DNA of 64,000 nucleotides, taken from positions 190,201-254,200 of the forward strand of contig NW_004797316.1 of assembly GCF_000002075.1 (NCBI RefSeq). The letters are read 5' to 3'. Positions 63,480 to 64,000 of this stretch are shown one piece after another. Position 1 is the stretch's first letter; the number at the start of each line of letters is the position of its first letter. Under the pieces are notes generated by a model. That model saw nothing but the letters and a program-made list of their open reading frames with translations, searched no databases and had not been told where the DNA came from. This DNA comes from Aplysia californica. Lineage: Eukaryota. Position numbers and translations under genes: made by a program.

Positions 63480-64000
63480 GTTTGGAACTTTCATCCACCT
63501 ACATATATGGTTTCGCTCTTTGGCTACATCATAAGAACACTATCCCAACACCTAGACAAAAGAGCATGCAACAAAGAAACAATTATCAAGCAAAGGCAGT
63601 CCCAACCTAGCGGCATTGTACAACTACATGGCACAGGCGGAGGCTCTTATACAGGCAGCAAACATCATCAGAGATGTAGTAGACCCCCAAAGCTAACAGT
63701 ATTCCTGACAGGGGCCATGTGAGTACAGCACGCAATCAATGCCGACAAACACCCAAGGCTGAGAGAAGTGATGGCGGGCACCCCATGCCGTGACATCATG
63801 CTGCAGTGGATCCCATCGCACCGTGGTGTTTCAGGAAACGAACAGGCGGGCAGAGTGGCAAAAAATAGGTGCCCAAAAAAGAAAAACAAGACAACAATAT
63901 CAACTTCACAGAAATGAAAACTCCTATAAATACACCATTTAAAACACCACATACACCAGATAACTGCCATGAGCTGTTCCACCAAGAGCAAGTGATTATC
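63480..64000 (+). mobile_element. Degenerate LINE RNase H remnant, running to the window end
   Basis: NYMAQAEAL, TVFLT, IMLQWIPSHRGVSGNEQAGRVAK in broken frames. Confidence 0.65.

Overview
Eukaryotic, AT-rich, repeat-dense animal DNA from a gapped assembly; probably a marine invertebrate (inference from its repeat families). Two convergent multi-exon genes can be spliced by hand with GT-AG introns in consistent phase. The first is a mu-crystallin/ketimine reductase (CRYM) on +, with 7 coding exons at 5489-18218; no N-terminal exon was found in the window. The second is sorting nexin-16 (SNX16) on -, with core exons at 43354-37571, up to three candidate C-terminal exons at 36123-34510 and a candidate 5' UTR exon/promoter near 54.1-54.5 kb. 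Much of the rest is transposon-derived: decayed Tc1 and piggyBac elements; RNase H-bearing I-group LINEs, one ~3.8 kb Ingi-like; Rex1/Babar and RTE LINE remnants; a CORE/L2-tail SINE; three short-retroposon families sharing one 3' stem-loop; and many MULE-, hAT-, pogo- and piggyBac-type MITEs. Most notable are the shared-tail retroposon set (including a headless member and an inverted SINE pair), a nested MULE carrying a SINE, a foldback array and a LINE, and the candidate alternative SNX16 C-termini. No prokaryotic system or CRISPR array is supported. All family assignments are from remembered motifs, not database searches.
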